A stretch of 64,000 nucleotides of DNA from Ruminococcus sp. (GCA_031262835.1 JAISGY010000021.1:707-64706), one strand, 5' to 3'; counted from the first letter of the stretch, positions 27,407 to 38,592 are shown. Numbers and translations: made by a program. Notes: generated from the letters alone by a model not told the origin.

Positions 27407-29782
27407 TTGAAAAATTTCAAATCGTTTTTAGCGAGCAAGGAGTTTATAATCCTTGACGGCGCAATGGGGACAATGCTGACGAGCTTCGGCATGGAAAGCG
27501 GAGCTTGCCCCGAACTCGAAAACATAACCGCGCCCGAACGTGTCATAAAGATTGCGGAGAGTTACGCGGCAGCGGGTTCCGATATCGTTTACACGAACAC
27601 TTTCGGCGCAAGTCTTCATAAACTGCCCGAGGGGTTCACGCCGGAAACGGTTATTCCGACGGCGATAAAAAACGCTCGCGAGGGGATTAGACGGGCGGGG
27701 AAGACTGCACTTGTTGCTCTTGATGTAGGTCCGCTCGGGATTATGACCGAGATTAGCGGCGGTACGGCGACTTTTGATGAGGCTTACGACGATTTCGCTG
27801 TGCAGGTTAAGGCGGCTGTCAACAGTGAGTTTCCTCCCGACCTTATCACTATCGAAACAATGTCAGACCTTCTCGAAACGAAGGCGGCAATACTCGCGGT
27901 TAAGGAGAACTGCGACCTGCCGCTGATGGTTACAATGACCTTTGAAGGCAACGGGCGAACCTTTACAGGCACTCCGCTGTCGGCTTTCGCCTTAACGGCG
28001 CAAGGCTTAGGAGTCGACGCACTCGGTATAAACTGCTCGCAGGGTCCTAAGGAATACTTTAAGCTCTTTGAGGAACTAAAAAAGTACACCGACCTTCCCC
28101 TCATTGCGAAGGCGAACGCCGGTATGCCTGACCCGGAAACGGGAAAATATGGTGTAAATGCGGAAGACTTTGCAGAAGAAATGTTAGGGTTAATATCGCA
28201 AGGCGTAAAAATATTCGGAGGGTGTTGCGGTACAACGCCGGAGTTTATCGCCGCTCTTAAGGCATCGCTTGAAGGGAAAAACTACACTAAACAGCCGAAA
28301 GTAAGCTTTTCTGCGATAACTTCCGCGCTCAAAACCGTTATTATCGACCGCCCGAGGATTATCGGCGAGAGGATTAACCCGACAGGAAAAAAGATTTTCA
28401 AGGAAGCCCTAAAAAATAACGACATCGGTTACATTGTTCGCCAAGCGGCGGAGCAAGACAATGCGGGCGCGGATATTTTAGATGTGAACGTAAGTCTCCC
28501 CGATATTGACGAGATTTCTATGAGTAAGAATGTCATAAACGCAATTTCGACGGTTTGTGACCTTCCGTTACAGATTGACTCTTCTTCCGCTGAGGTTATA
28601 GAGTCATCGCTTAGAATTTATCCGGGGAAACCTATTGTTAACTCCGTCAACGGGGAAATCTCTACCCTAGAAAATATCCTCCCGAGCGTTAAAAAGTACG
28701 GCGCGGCGGTTGTCGGGCTTACTATTGACGAAAACGGTATACCGAAAACGGCGGAGAAGCGTTTTGAAATTGCAGAGCGTATCCTTGAAAAAGCTCTCGA
28801 ATACGGGATTCGCCGCGAAGACGTTTATATAGACTGCTTAACGCTCACGGCTTCTGCGGAGCAGGAAAACGTCTATGAGACTGTTAAAGCTCTTCGTATG
28901 GTTAAAGAGAAGCTTGGTTTAAAAACGGTGCTTGGGGTGTCGAATATTTCATTTGGGCTTCCGAGGCGCGAACTTGTTAACGAAAACTTCCTCGCAATGG
29001 CACTTGCGAACGGGCTCGACCTCCCGATAATTAACCCTAATGCGGAGGGCATGACGGGTGCTGTCAGGGCGTATAACCTGCTGATGAATTTAGATAAAAA
29101 CGCGATTGAGTATATCGGCGCGTATTCGGGCAGTTTTGAGAAAAAGAGCGATTCGGGACAACAGGACTTGACGCTTGAATATGCCGTACGGAACGGTTTG
29201 TCTTCCGAAACGGCGGTTATTACAAAAAAGCTTCTTGAGACTAATGCGCCGCTTGAAATTGTTGACAATATGTTAATACCGGTGCTTGACGAAATCGGGG
29301 TTGAATTCGAGCAAGGTAAAATCTTCCTCCCACAGCTTATAATGGCGGCGAACACAGTTACCGCAAGTTTTAACGAAATCAAGCGCGCACTTTCCGGAAC
29401 GCCGGTAGAAAGCAAGGGGACTGTTGTTCTTGCGACGGTTAAGGGTGATGTGCACGATATCGGGAAAAATATTGTAAAAGTGCTGATGGAAAATTACGGT
29501 TACACCGTTATTGACCTTGGAAAAGACGTTGCGCCCGAAGTTGTAGCCGATTCCGCAAAGACGAGCGGAGCGAAGCTTGTCGGGCTTTCCGCGCTTATGA
29601 CGACGACGCTTGCTTCGATGGAATCGACGATTAAGCTCATTCGCGAGCGTGGGTTAGACTGCAAAATCGTTGTCGGCGGGGCTGTCCTGACTGCTGAATA
29701 TGCCGAGAAAATCGGCGCGGACTATTACGCAAAAGACGCAAAACAGAGCGTTGATATTGCAAGAATTGTATACCAAAAGTAA
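27407..29782 (+). CDS. metH: methionine synthase (Hcy S-methyltransferase, pterin-binding and B12-binding domains)
   Basis: GGCCGTTPE Zn site, pterin-binding region, and the DVHDIGKNIV cobalamin motif. Confidence 0.9.
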   Translation: MKNFKSFLASKEFIILDGAMGTMLTSFGMESGACPELENITAPERVIKIAESYAAAGSDIVYTNTFGASLHKLPEGFTPETVIPTAIKNAREGIRRAGKTALVALDVGPLGIMTEISGGTATFDEAYDDFAVQVKAAVNSEFPPDLITIETMSDLLETKAAILAVKENCDLPLMVTMTFEGNGRTFTGTPLSAFALTAQGLGVDALGINCSQGPKEYFKLFEELKKYTDLPLIAKANAGMPDPETGKYGVNAEDFAEEMLGLISQGVKIFGGCCGTTPEFIAALKASLEGKNYTKQPKVSFSAITSALKTVIIDRPRIIGERINPTGKKIFKEALKNNDIGYIVRQAAEQDNAGADILDVNVSLPDIDEISMSKNVINAISTVCDLPLQIDSSSAEVIESSLRIYPGKPIVNSVNGEISTLENILPSVKKYGAAVVGLTIDENGIPKTAEKRFEIAERILEKALEYGIRREDVYIDCLTLTASAEQENVYETVKALRMVKEKLGLKTVLGVSNISFGLPRRELVNENFLAMALANGLDLPIINPNAEGMTGAVRAYNLLMNLDKNAIEYIGAYSGSFEKKSDSGQQDLTLEYAVRNGLSSETAVITKKLLETNAPLEIVDNMLIPVLDEIGVEFEQGKIFLPQLIMAANTVTASFNEIKRALSGTPVESKGTVVLATVKGDVHDIGKNIVKVLMENYGYTVIDLGKDVAPEVVADSAKTSGAKLVGLSALMTTTLASMESTIKLIRERGLDCKIVVGGAVLTAEYAEKIGADYYAKDAKQSVDIARIVYQK

Positions 29783-29914
29783 ACTTTTTGTGAATTCGCT
29801 TGACTTTTGTTCTATTATATAGTAAAATATTAAATGCCGCATTCTAAAGGTTCAAAAAAGCTTTGCTTTACCTCACGAAGCGAGATCATTAATAAAGGCA
29901 GGTGTACAGAGAGA

Positions 29915-30229
29915 ATGTACGCTGTTATCGAAACAGGCGGCAAGCAGTATCAGGTTAGGGAAGGCGATGAAATCTTCATCGAAAAGCTCCCGGTCGAGGC
30001 TGACGCTGCCGTGAATTTTGACAAAGTTATCCTTCTTGGCGGAGACGACGGAATTACCGTAGGGAAGCCTTATGTTGAGGGTGCTAACGTTGGCGCGGTT
30101 GTCGTTAAAAACGGCAAGAACAAGAAGATTAACATCTTCACCTACAAGTCCAAAGAAGGGTCGACATACCACCGTCAAGGTCACAGACAACCCTACACCA
30201 AGGTTCGTATCGACACAATTAAAGCGTAG
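29915..30229 (+). CDS. rplU: 50S ribosomal protein L21
   Basis: [14 protein letters not shown] start. The internal ATG of the listed ORF was chosen by this conserved N-terminus. Confidence 0.95.
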   Translation: MYAVIETGGKQYQVREGDEIFIEKLPVEADAAVNFDKVILLGGDDGITVGKPYVEGANVGAVVVKNGKNKKINIFTYKSKEGSTYHRQGHRQPYTKVRIDTIKA

Positions 30230-30262
30230 ATTTTTTGCGCTAACTGATTGGAGTGAATTTTA

Positions 30263-30517
30263 ATGGCACATAAAAAGGGTATGGGTTCAACCAAAAACGG
30301 TCGCGACTCAGAATCCAAACGCCTCGGCGTAAAACGCGGCGACGGGCAGTTCGTCCTTGCGGGGAACATCTTAGTCCGCCAGCGCGGCACACACATACAC
30401 CCGGGAACAAATGTCGGGATTGGTTCTGACGACACTCTCTATGCAATGTCCGACGGAAGAGTTCGTTTTGAAAGACTCGGCAGAGACCGCAAAAAGGTTA
30501 GTATCTACGCGGATTAA
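30263..30517 (+). CDS. rpmA: 50S ribosomal protein L27 (no N-terminal propeptide)
   Basis: [24 protein letters not shown]. Confidence 0.95.
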   Translation: MAHKKGMGSTKNGRDSESKRLGVKRGDGQFVLAGNILVRQRGTHIHPGTNVGIGSDDTLYAMSDGRVRFERLGRDRKKVSIYAD

Positions 30518-30528
30518 TCATGGTTTTT

Positions 30529-30567
30529 AAGCTCCCTTGCTTTTAGGCAGGGGAGCTTTTGTTTTTA
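30529..30567 (+). terminator. intrinsic terminator after rpmA
   Basis: Stem aagctcccttgc/ggcaggggagctt followed by a T-rich tail. Confidence 0.65.
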
Positions 30568-30691
30568 AACAGTATTTTCGACAAGGTTTTGAGCCTTTTT
30601 ATGATAAAATTATTTGGTAATAGATGAAACAAATAAAAAAACTTGGATATAATATTTATATAAATAAAGCGAAAAGAGTAAGCACTTTTAT

Positions 30692-33034
30692 ATGTATAAT
30701 TTAGACAGTTTCACGAAAAAGGCGAATATAGTCCTCAATAAGGCTTTTGTACAAGCCGGGAAATTAGGGCACACCTACGTCGGGAGCGAACATCTTCTCT
30801 ACAGCCTCGTTTCCGAACACGGGAGCACTGCTTCGAGTATCTTTCGCGTCTGCGGGATTCGCGAAGAGGATATCCTCGGGAAGATTATCGAGCTTGTCGG
30901 CAGGGGAGAGGTTACGAGCGTTTCCGAAGACGCTGTTACCCCGAACGCAAAGCGGATTATTGAACACGCTTATCGTGTTGCGTCCGATTCGGGAAGCCGT
31001 CTTGTCGGGACTGAACATCTCTTGCAGGCGATTCTCCTTGAAGAGGGGAGCACCGCTGTTACAATTATAAACGAGTCCGGCGGAAACGTCGGGAAGCTCC
31101 TTTCAGCCTGCACCGGCATTAACAACATGGAGGTGCAGATTTACAACCCGACCGTAAAAGCCCCGACACTCCAAAAGTTCAGCAAAAATCTAACCCAATT
31201 CGCCCGCGACAAGAAGTCCGACCCTGTTATCGGGCGTGAGCGCGAGATTGAACACGTTATACGAATCCTCTCCCGCCGCACAAAAAACAACCCCTGTCTT
31301 ATCGGCGAGGCGGGCGTCGGGAAAACCGCTGTTGTCGAGGGTATCGCCCAAGCAATCGTTTCCGGGCGCGTCCCCGATACGCTTAAGGGCAAGCACATCT
31401 TTTCGCTCTCCTTGACTTCAATGCTTGCCGGGGCGAAGTATCGCGGTGATTTTGAGGACCGCTTAAAACAGGTTATCGAAGAGGTTATTGAGAACAAGAA
31501 CATTATCCTTTTCATTGACGAACTCCACACTGTTGTCGGTGCGGGCGCGGCGGAGGGTGCAATTGACGCGGCGAATATCTTAAAGCCGATGCTTGCAAGG
31601 GGAGAGCTTCAAATTATCGGTGCGACAACGATAAGCGAGTATCGCAAGTATATTGAAAAAGACTCCGCGCTTGAACGCCGTTTCGGGCAGGTTATGGTTA
31701 ACGAGCCTACCGAAGACGAAACCATAAACATGATTAACGGCTTAAAGAAGCTTTACGAGGATTTCCACAACGTGAATATTACCGACAACGCCGTCAAGGC
31801 GGCTGTTAAGATGTCGGTGCGGTTTATCCCCGACAGGTTTTTGCCTGACAAGGCACTTGACCTTATAGACGAAGCTGCCTCCGGCGCGAAACTTCACGCC
31901 TCGAAAGAACCGCAATCGCTCGAACGCCTCGCCGCCGACCTAAAGGCAATGATGGAACGCCCAAGGGGAACGGTAAAAAGTTCGCCGAAAAACGACCGCC
32001 CGGTTGTTACGGAGGACAGCATAGCCGAGGTGATTTCCCTTACAACAGGACTTCCGATTTCAAAATTAACCGCGTCGGAAGAAGAAAAGCTTCTCCTTCT
32101 CGAGTCGGAGCTTTCAAAGCGCGTAATCGGGCAGCAGACGGCAATTTCGGCAGTTGCGGGCGCGGTAAGAAGAAGTCGTTCCGGTCTTCGCGACCCTAAC
32201 CGTCCGATGGCAAGTTTCCTCTTTTCGGGACCTTCGGGTTCGGGAAAAACCGAGCTCGCGAAGGCACTCGCCGACTATCTTTTCGGCGACGAAAACTCAC
32301 TCATAAAGCTTGATATGTCGGAGTATATGGAGAAACACAGCGTCTCGAAGTTAATCGGCGCGCCTCCGGGTTATGTAGGCTTTGAAGACGGCGGGAAGCT
32401 CACCGAAAAGGTTCGCCGCAAGCCGTACAGCATAATCCTGTTCGACGAGGTTGAAAAGGCGCACCCGGACGTCTTCAATATTCTTTTGCAGATAACCGAA
32501 GACGGTGTCCTAACCGACAGCAACGGCAGAAGCGTTAACTTCAAGAATACTATTATAATACTAACCTCAAATATCGGCGCGGAGCACCTTAACAAGGAGC
32601 GGCAATTCGGCTTTTCGCCAAGTGTCACCGACATGGAAACCCGCAAGCAAAATGTTCTTTCCGAGGTTAAAAAGCTGTTCAAGACAGAGCTCCTTAACCG
32701 CCTTGACGATATTATAATCTTCAATAAACTCTCCGACGAAGATATGGGGCAAATTGCAAGGAAGCTTCTTGACGGGCTCAAGACCCGCGCAAATCTTCTC
32801 GGAATAACGGTTGAATTCACCGACGACGCAATAAGTAAGCTCACCCGCGAGAAAATTTCAGAATCGAAGGAATCCCACACCGGCGCAAGAAAACTCCGCC
32901 ACGAGATTACAATGTCGGTTGAAAATCTTCTCTCGAAAGAGCTTCTTAACAACGTAATTAACCCCGGCGACAGCATTAAGCTTGTTGTTATCAACGACGA
33001 ATACAGATTTAAGGTAACTGAATTTGCGAATTGA
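30692..33034 (+). CDS. clpC: ClpC-type AAA+ chaperone/Clp protease ATPase subunit
   Basis: Double Clp_N repeat, Walker [10 protein letters not shown] and GPSGSGKTE, 780 aa. Confidence 0.85.
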   Translation: MYNLDSFTKKANIVLNKAFVQAGKLGHTYVGSEHLLYSLVSEHGSTASSIFRVCGIREEDILGKIIELVGRGEVTSVSEDAVTPNAKRIIEHAYRVASDSGSRLVGTEHLLQAILLEEGSTAVTIINESGGNVGKLLSACTGINNMEVQIYNPTVKAPTLQKFSKNLTQFARDKKSDPVIGREREIEHVIRILSRRTKNNPCLIGEAGVGKTAVVEGIAQAIVSGRVPDTLKGKHIFSLSLTSMLAGAKYRGDFEDRLKQVIEEVIENKNIILFIDELHTVVGAGAAEGAIDAANILKPMLARGELQIIGATTISEYRKYIEKDSALERRFGQVMVNEPTEDETINMINGLKKLYEDFHNVNITDNAVKAAVKMSVRFIPDRFLPDKALDLIDEAASGAKLHASKEPQSLERLAADLKAMMERPRGTVKSSPKNDRPVVTEDSIAEVISLTTGLPISKLTASEEEKLLLLESELSKRVIGQQTAISAVAGAVRRSRSGLRDPNRPMASFLFSGPSGSGKTELAKALADYLFGDENSLIKLDMSEYMEKHSVSKLIGAPPGYVGFEDGGKLTEKVRRKPYSIILFDEVEKAHPDVFNILLQITEDGVLTDSNGRSVNFKNTIIILTSNIGAEHLNKERQFGFSPSVTDMETRKQNVLSEVKKLFKTELLNRLDDIIIFNKLSDEDMGQIARKLLDGLKTRANLLGITVEFTDDAISKLTREKISESKESHTGARKLRHEITMSVENLLSKELLNNVINPGDSIKLVVINDEYRFKVTEFAN

Positions 33035-33036
33035 CA

Positions 33037-33074
33037 CAAAAAAACCGACGGCTCTATAATTGCCGTCGGTTTTA
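33037..33074. terminator. bidirectional intrinsic terminator
   Basis: A-run, stem accgacggc/gccgtcggt, then TTTT, between convergent genes. Confidence 0.65.
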
Positions 33075-33078
33075 GCGT

Positions 33079-34875
33079 TTATTGAAAAAGTGCGGTAATA
33101 GTTTGGTCGGAGGTTATGTTATAGAGTGTCCTGTCCCAGCCGATAAACGTTCTTCCGAACATATCCATTGCCGGAGTAAAGGGCGGGACTGCGCTTTCGC
33201 CCTGTGCTACTTCGACATAATAGAGGTTTCCGTCGATGTTGAAGGTTACGTTATAGAGCTGCACTGTGGCGTAGAGAGCGGTAATTGTAGTATCTGCGGT
33301 TATGTTCGCCGTTGACTTGTCCCAGTTTCGGAACGGGTTGCCGTATGCGTCCGCTGTCGGATAGAACGGGGGCATAGCCGTTCCGCCGTTTTCAACCTCA
33401 ACAGGGTATTGAATCCCTTCGATAACGAACGTTACGATGTGTGTGCCGGTCGAAGCAGAACCAATCGGCTCAAGGATAGCTGTAATGATACAGTCTTCGG
33501 TTATTTTCGTAAAATCTCTGTCCCAACCGAGGAAACGATAACCGGCAATCTCAATATCCGTTTGTAGGTTTGCGGAATCACCGTCAAGGACTTCAATCGT
33601 CTTGCTCTGTCCGGCAACGACAACCGTTACGGTGTGGAAAAGCGAATCTAAGCTGCTGCTGTCATCGGGCTCGGGCAGCGGGATATCTCCGTCGGTGCTG
33701 CCGTCAGCCGGGGTAAACTGCGCGGTAATTGTGCAGTCTTCGGTTATATTCGTAAATGAACCGCTCCAACCCGTAAAGATATATCCGTCCATCACCGGGT
33801 CGGCGGGCTTATCAAGCGAGCCGCCGTAAGGCACTTCGTTAATCGACTCGTCGTCGCCGATAACGAGAATTACCGTTAACATTACCCCCGAGTCGGCAGT
33901 TGTTGTCGTTTCTGCGGTCGTTGCAACTGCGGCGGTAGTTGTTGCAGCAGCAGTTGTTGTTGCAACGGAGACGGTCGGTACTGTAAGCGAGGTATTCGGC
34001 GGAGCTTCCGTAACTGCGGGAGGAACGGTTGTTACCGCGGTTTCTACATCGGAGCTTTCAATCGGTACTGCCGTTATAACCGGCTCGCTCGTGAGTGATG
34101 AAGTTATATCTTCGGGCGGGAGGTTCTTGCTTGCGGCGGTGTACGCTTCGCGAAGTACATCAACGGAGTAGGGGAAAAGCTCGCCTTCAAGCTGTGCAAT
34201 CGTAATTATTGATTTTAGGTCTTCCGCCGAAAGCACGGACAGCGAAAATTCCTGATTTAGGTATTCAAAGAAAGGACCTTCATCGCCGGTAATAATACAA
34301 GCGGCGCGCTTTTCAAGAAGCGGTTCATTCTCTCCGTCAGCGTTGCCGGAAAGGTCGTAAAGTTGGAGCCTTGAGTTACCCATGAAGTCAACTATATCGG
34401 TATATGTTTTGTTGTCCTTTTCGGAAAAGCTGACCTTTGAAACGGTTTTTTGTACATATACCATTGCGTTCGCAGTGCGGATATTGATTTCGCCCTTGCT
34501 TTCACCGACAAGGTTTGTTATTATTGTCCCCCGATTAAGGAAAAGTTCTCCCGAATCGGAGCCCGAAAATTTCGAGTTAACGATAACCTGCGAGTTGCTC
34601 CCGAGTACAATATAATTTTCCTCGGAATTGTCCTTGCCCTTGTATGTAATTGTGCAAGACGAGTTTGCGCCGACAGTTATAATGTCGCCCTGTTTAAGAT
34701 AGAGCTCCGCGCTTTCAACCGCATTGCCGCTGTTATCGGAAACGGAAACACTCCCGGTAACGCTCGACACATAGATTCCCGAAGCTCCTCCGCCGGTTGC
34801 CAACACGACTATTGTAATAATTACTGCAACTACGGCGATTGATGCCGCAATTATCGGTGCCTTAAGATTTGCCAT
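33079..34875 (-). CDS. membrane-anchored FecR-domain protein with Thr/Ala-rich linker and four Listeria-Bacteroides (InlB B-type) repeats
   Basis: N-terminal TM segment, FecR-like block (LKQGDIITVGANSSCTITY), and repeats GYIFTGWSG.., GYRFLGWDR.., FRNWDK.., FIGWDR... ATG at 34875 with GGAAGTGAG upstream. Confidence 0.7.
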   Translation of the reverse strand: MANLKAPIIAASIAVVAVIITIVVLATGGGASGIYVSSVTGSVSVSDNSGNAVESAELYLKQGDIITVGANSSCTITYKGKDNSEENYIVLGSNSQVIVNSKFSGSDSGELFLNRGTIITNLVGESKGEINIRTANAMVYVQKTVSKVSFSEKDNKTYTDIVDFMGNSRLQLYDLSGNADGENEPLLEKRAACIITGDEGPFFEYLNQEFSLSVLSAEDLKSIITIAQLEGELFPYSVDVLREAYTAASKNLPPEDITSSLTSEPVITAVPIESSDVETAVTTVPPAVTEAPPNTSLTVPTVSVATTTAAATTTAAVATTAETTTTADSGVMLTVILVIGDDESINEVPYGGSLDKPADPVMDGYIFTGWSGSFTNITEDCTITAQFTPADGSTDGDIPLPEPDDSSSLDSLFHTVTVVVAGQSKTIEVLDGDSANLQTDIEIAGYRFLGWDRDFTKITEDCIITAILEPIGSASTGTHIVTFVIEGIQYPVEVENGGTAMPPFYPTADAYGNPFRNWDKSTANITADTTITALYATVQLYNVTFNIDGNLYYVEVAQGESAVPPFTPAMDMFGRTFIGWDRTLYNITSDQTITALFQ

Positions 34876-34923
34876 GCTTTTTCTCACTTCCAATATGCCG
34901 GAATTCCCGGCAAGATGTACTGT

Positions 34924-36204
34924 CTACTCTGTTGTTAAAACTTCCGTCTCTGTGCCGGTGTTAGCAATCTCCCACCATTTTTCGCCTGTGTATGTAGTCA
35001 TTTCACCGAGGGTTTGGGTTGTCGGTATAGTCTGCGGAATAGTTGTTGTCGTGATAATTATTATCTCTTCTTCGCTTATCCGAGTTTCTGTCTCGGGCGG
35101 TACTACTATGGGTTCAAAGGGCGTTGCGGTAGTTGTTTCGGGTAGGGTAACGGAGCTTGCGGTTTGATAATTTCGCTCCGAAACGAGTTTTAATGCATCG
35201 TTAAGTTCAATGGTTGAATAGGCAAGCGGTGTAAAGCTGTTCGATACGCGAAGTATTTCCGTCAAGGTCAGCTGCGGCAGATTTTCGAGGTTAAGTTCAA
35301 CATTTAATCCGTTATATAAAGCGGTATCGGGCGTGGTAATTAGTGTTGCGGAATTTCTTGCCTTGAGAATCATTAGGTTTTCGGATTTTTCGCCCGTATC
35401 GTCGAAAAGCTGTAAATTAACGTTCCCGGAGAAATTTTCGACGGTTGTTATCTTCGCGGGAGTTCCGCCGTAGTCGCCGAAATATTCAAAATCGGTTCGG
35501 AAGACTGATTTCCTAACGTCGATAACGGTGTTCGGGGTAATTACGAGGAAGCTGTCCTTCGCCCGTATTTCCTCCGACATTTCGGTAATAACGCTTCCGT
35601 ATAAAAGGTTAACGGCAACGCTTCCCATGCCTTCGATGTTGGTGTAATCGACGTATAAACTTGTGTCCGGCTCGATTGTCAGGAATTTATCCGGGTCAAT
35701 TTGCAGCCTTACCCTTGCGTCATCGCTAAGCGTAATTGTATCGCCGGGGGAAAGGCGGGCGTTCTTTGAAGCGGGTTTTACCCTTGCGCCCGATTCGATT
35801 GTGACTTCGCCGGTTATCTCCGCAATCTTTACGACCCGGGTCTTCATATCGCCCCAATTTATAACCGCGAAAATCGCAACAACAAGCACAATGAGTATAC
35901 AAATAACCCCGCCGATTAGAAATGTCAGGTTTTCGGTTATGTACTCCTTAACCTTAACCGCACCGTCAACAGTTTTTTTAACCGTTTCGCTTTTCTTAAC
36001 CTGTGTTACAGCCTTTTCTTTTACAGGGGGAGGCGTTTTCGGTTCGGGAGGAGATTTTTTCGGAATTGGAATTTCAGCCTTTACGGGAGGTACATTATAA
36101 ATTTTCTTAGGCGGCGGCGGGGGGGGAGGGGGTTGGGAATTATCAATCGGAACGTCAAAACCCATTTTATCTGCAATATTAAGAATCAGTTTCGGCGTTT
36201 TCAA
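34924..36204 (-). CDS. proline-rich, single-TM FecR-domain protein
   Basis: PPPPPPPPP tract, TM segment FLIGGVICILIVLVVAIFAVI, and FecR-like LSPGDTITLSDDARVRLQ. Confidence 0.65.
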   Translation of the reverse strand: MKTPKLILNIADKMGFDVPIDNSQPPPPPPPPKKIYNVPPVKAEIPIPKKSPPEPKTPPPVKEKAVTQVKKSETVKKTVDGAVKVKEYITENLTFLIGGVICILIVLVVAIFAVINWGDMKTRVVKIAEITGEVTIESGARVKPASKNARLSPGDTITLSDDARVRLQIDPDKFLTIEPDTSLYVDYTNIEGMGSVAVNLLYGSVITEMSEEIRAKDSFLVITPNTVIDVRKSVFRTDFEYFGDYGGTPAKITTVENFSGNVNLQLFDDTGEKSENLMILKARNSATLITTPDTALYNGLNVELNLENLPQLTLTEILRVSNSFTPLAYSTIELNDALKLVSERNYQTASSVTLPETTTATPFEPIVVPPETETRISEEEIIIITTTTIPQTIPTTQTLGEMTTYTGEKWWEIANTGTETEVLTTE

Positions 36205-36226
36205 TGTTAACTCCTCCCATAGAAAT

Positions 36227-36961
36227 TTAGGCTATATATACATTCGCTGCTTGATTATCAATTGTTTCAAGAACACATTCAACACTTTTTTCCGAAAGTT
36301 CTAAAAAATTAATCGGTTCGCTTATATCTTCAAGATAATGTGCGTCGGAATCGGTTATTAAATTGCATTTTTCAAGGTAGCTGTTTTCACGTTTAAGCTT
36401 GTCAATAAACCCGGTGTGGCGGATTTCCGCACAGTTAAACCGGCTGTCGGGGGGGATAAAACCCATGTTTGAGAGTATACTTGTACTGCTCTTGTCGATA
36501 TGCGCGGGAATCATTATCCCGTGATAATCCTTAACTAAGTCATAGACGCTGTCGAAGGCAATATCCGTCGCGTTTATAAGGAGAAGCGGTTCTGTTTTAA
36601 CTATATTGTCGTTCTCGTCGGCGAATTGTTGCTTTCCGAATGCCGCTTCGTTGTTTTCTATCGGTAAAAGTTTTGTGTGAACGAAGGCTGAAAACTCTTC
36701 GGCGTGGATTATATCGGGGAAAAGGCAGAGTACGTGGACTTCCTCGGCTGTTGTAAGTTCCATTCCCGGGATTGTTAAGACCCCATACGCTTCACCCAAA
36801 CGGCGAACGGTCTCGCTGTTTCCGCAGGAGTTGTGGTCACAGACTGCGATGATGTCGAGCCCCTTAAGTGCTGCCATTCCGACGATATTTGACGGGAGCG
36901 ATTCGTCCGAGCCGCAAGGGGAGAGGCAGGAATGAATGTGCAGGTCGTATGAATATTTCAT
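36227..36961 (-). CDS. PHP-domain metal-dependent phosphoesterase
   Basis: DLHIHSCLSPCG and VCDHNS motifs. Confidence 0.8.
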   Translation of the reverse strand: MKYSYDLHIHSCLSPCGSDESLPSNIVGMAALKGLDIIAVCDHNSCGNSETVRRLGEAYGVLTIPGMELTTAEEVHVLCLFPDIIHAEEFSAFVHTKLLPIENNEAAFGKQQFADENDNIVKTEPLLLINATDIAFDSVYDLVKDYHGIMIPAHIDKSSTSILSNMGFIPPDSRFNCAEIRHTGFIDKLKRENSYLEKCNLITDSDAHYLEDISEPINFLELSEKSVECVLETIDNQAANVYIA

Positions 36962-37299
36962 GAGATGAGACTGTGGACGAAGAGTGCTGCTTCAAATACA
37001 GGCAGACTCGTCTTTATTACCGTGATATTTTGTTCAACCGCCTTTTTATGTGCGTTTTCGTCAAGGGCGGCGTTTTCGGCAATTATTACTGCTCCGCCGT
37101 CGGTTAAAGCCATAACCCCTATTGTGTTAACATTCCCCATAACCGTTACCCAAACCGAACCGGCAGGGTTTCGCGCCATTGCGAACGAAAGAAGGTCACA
37201 ACAGAAAACCTTTGAAATCTCCGTCTCGCCCGCCTCATCGGAAATATTAATTATCTCAAAACGTTCGTCAAGCTTTTTTGTTAACTCTGAAACTAACAT
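36958..37299 (-). CDS. DRTGG-domain protein
   Basis: Small alpha/beta domain with LTDGGAVIIAEN. Its operon context matches sensory-hydrogenase clusters. Confidence 0.6.
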   Translation of the reverse strand: MLVSELTKKLDERFEIINISDEAGETEISKVFCCDLLSFAMARNPAGSVWVTVMGNVNTIGVMALTDGGAVIIAENAALDENAHKKAVEQNITVIKTSLPVFEAALFVHSLIS

Positions 37300-37332
37300 T
37301 TAAGCTCCATTCCGCCGCGTACGCAGCAAAAC

Positions 37333-38592
37333 CTATTTTTCGGAAATATTACAGCTTTCGCCGATATAGTCTTTAAGAAAGTATATGCAATCGCGCTCGG
37401 TTGCTCTTCCCATTATAACGTCTTCGGCAAGTGCTCTGCAGGTCGGCGCGCCGCAAGCCCCGCAGTCAAGCCCGGGGAAACGCTTTTGCAGCTTGTCTAT
37501 GTCAGCCATCTTCTTTATGCTGTCCTTCATGTCGTTACCGATACGGAAAACGGGGAGATACTCTATTTCGCGGTCGAGGTAGATTGCGTTGGTGTCCGAG
37601 ACGTCGTGTGCTTTTGATACGGGCATATATTTGCGCAGATGATTAATCTTAGCACGGGCAACGTACGGGTTTTCAACCGTCAGCGTTCCGCCGACGCAAC
37701 CGCCCGGGCAGGCGTTGAGTTCGATAAAATCAAGATGAGATATTTTTTCGTCTTCAAGGTCTTCAAGAACCTGAATAACATTTTCAATGCCGTCTGCGGC
37801 AAGATAATTGTCGGTTAAGAGTCCGCTTGCTTCGCCGCCGCTCTTGCTCCAGCTAATCCCGATTTTCCCGGAATCGGCAATATCGTAATTGTCGTTCGAG
37901 TCGCTCATAAGCGGCAGGAGAAGGGGATAGATATCCTTAATTGCGACAACGGCGTCAACCTCGGATCTGCCGATACCGATTGGAGCCTTAACAGAAGTCA
38001 TCTTCGCGGGGCAGGGCGATATAAATATTATGCCGATTTTGTCCGCCGGTAAACCCGTTTTCTCCATTGCGCGCCGTCTTGCGAATATCGCCGCAACGTC
38101 CATAGGGGAGGAAATCGGGAGAAGATGTTCAATCAAATTCGGGAATCTTACCCGTACAAGCCTTACAACAGAAGGACAGGCAGTCGAAATGTACGGCTTT
38201 CCCTCGGGGTGAGCATTTATGAATTTCCTTGAAACTTCGCTGACGATTTCAGCACCCGCCGAAACTTCAAAAACGTCGTCAAATCCCATCTTTAGGAGCG
38301 CGTTAAGTACAATATCGGTGTCCTCAAGGTTGTTAAACTGGGCGTAAAGGGTCGGCGCGGGGAGTGCAACTGTATACTCGAAGTCGTGGATAACCGAGAC
38401 AGGGTCGTATACGGGGAGCTTCGCATGGTGCGGGCAGATACGGATACATTCGCCGCAGTCGATACAAAAATCGGAGATGATATAAGCCTTGCGGTCTCTC
38501 ACGCGGATAGCTTGTGTGGGACAGCGTTTTATGCAGTTTATACACCCCATGCATTTATCGGAGTCAAGTCTTACTGAATTGAATTTCGCCAT
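37333..38592 (-). CDS. [FeFe]-hydrogenase-like sensory protein (2x[4Fe-4S] ferredoxin, degenerate H-domain, C-terminal 4-Cys domain)
   Basis: CMGCINCIKRCP and CIDCGECIRICP. H-cluster-like motifs are altered (STACPS, SPCPAK, ACPGGCVGG). C-terminal CGACGAPTCRALAED. Confidence 0.75.
   Translation of the reverse strand: MAKFNSVRLDSDKCMGCINCIKRCPTQAIRVRDRKAYIISDFCIDCGECIRICPHHAKLPVYDPVSVIHDFEYTVALPAPTLYAQFNNLEDTDIVLNALLKMGFDDVFEVSAGAEIVSEVSRKFINAHPEGKPYISTACPSVVRLVRVRFPNLIEHLLPISSPMDVAAIFARRRAMEKTGLPADKIGIIFISPCPAKMTSVKAPIGIGRSEVDAVVAIKDIYPLLLPLMSDSNDNYDIADSGKIGISWSKSGGEASGLLTDNYLAADGIENVIQVLEDLEDEKISHLDFIELNACPGGCVGGTLTVENPYVARAKINHLRKYMPVSKAHDVSDTNAIYLDREIEYLPVFRIGNDMKDSIKKMADIDKLQKRFPGLDCGACGAPTCRALAEDVIMGRATERDCIYFLKDYIGESCNISEK

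Noticed and set aside
29783-29914. L21-leader regulatory RNA upstream of rplU
   Set aside because: A promoter-like TTGACT and a roughly 90-nt leader are present, but I cannot recall the Rfam consensus well enough to confirm it. It is left unannotated.
30568-30691. CtsR operator (GGTCAAA direct repeat) upstream of the clpC-like gene, and likewise upstream of lon
   Set aside because: Both intergenic regions were read and no GGTCAAA-type repeat was found.
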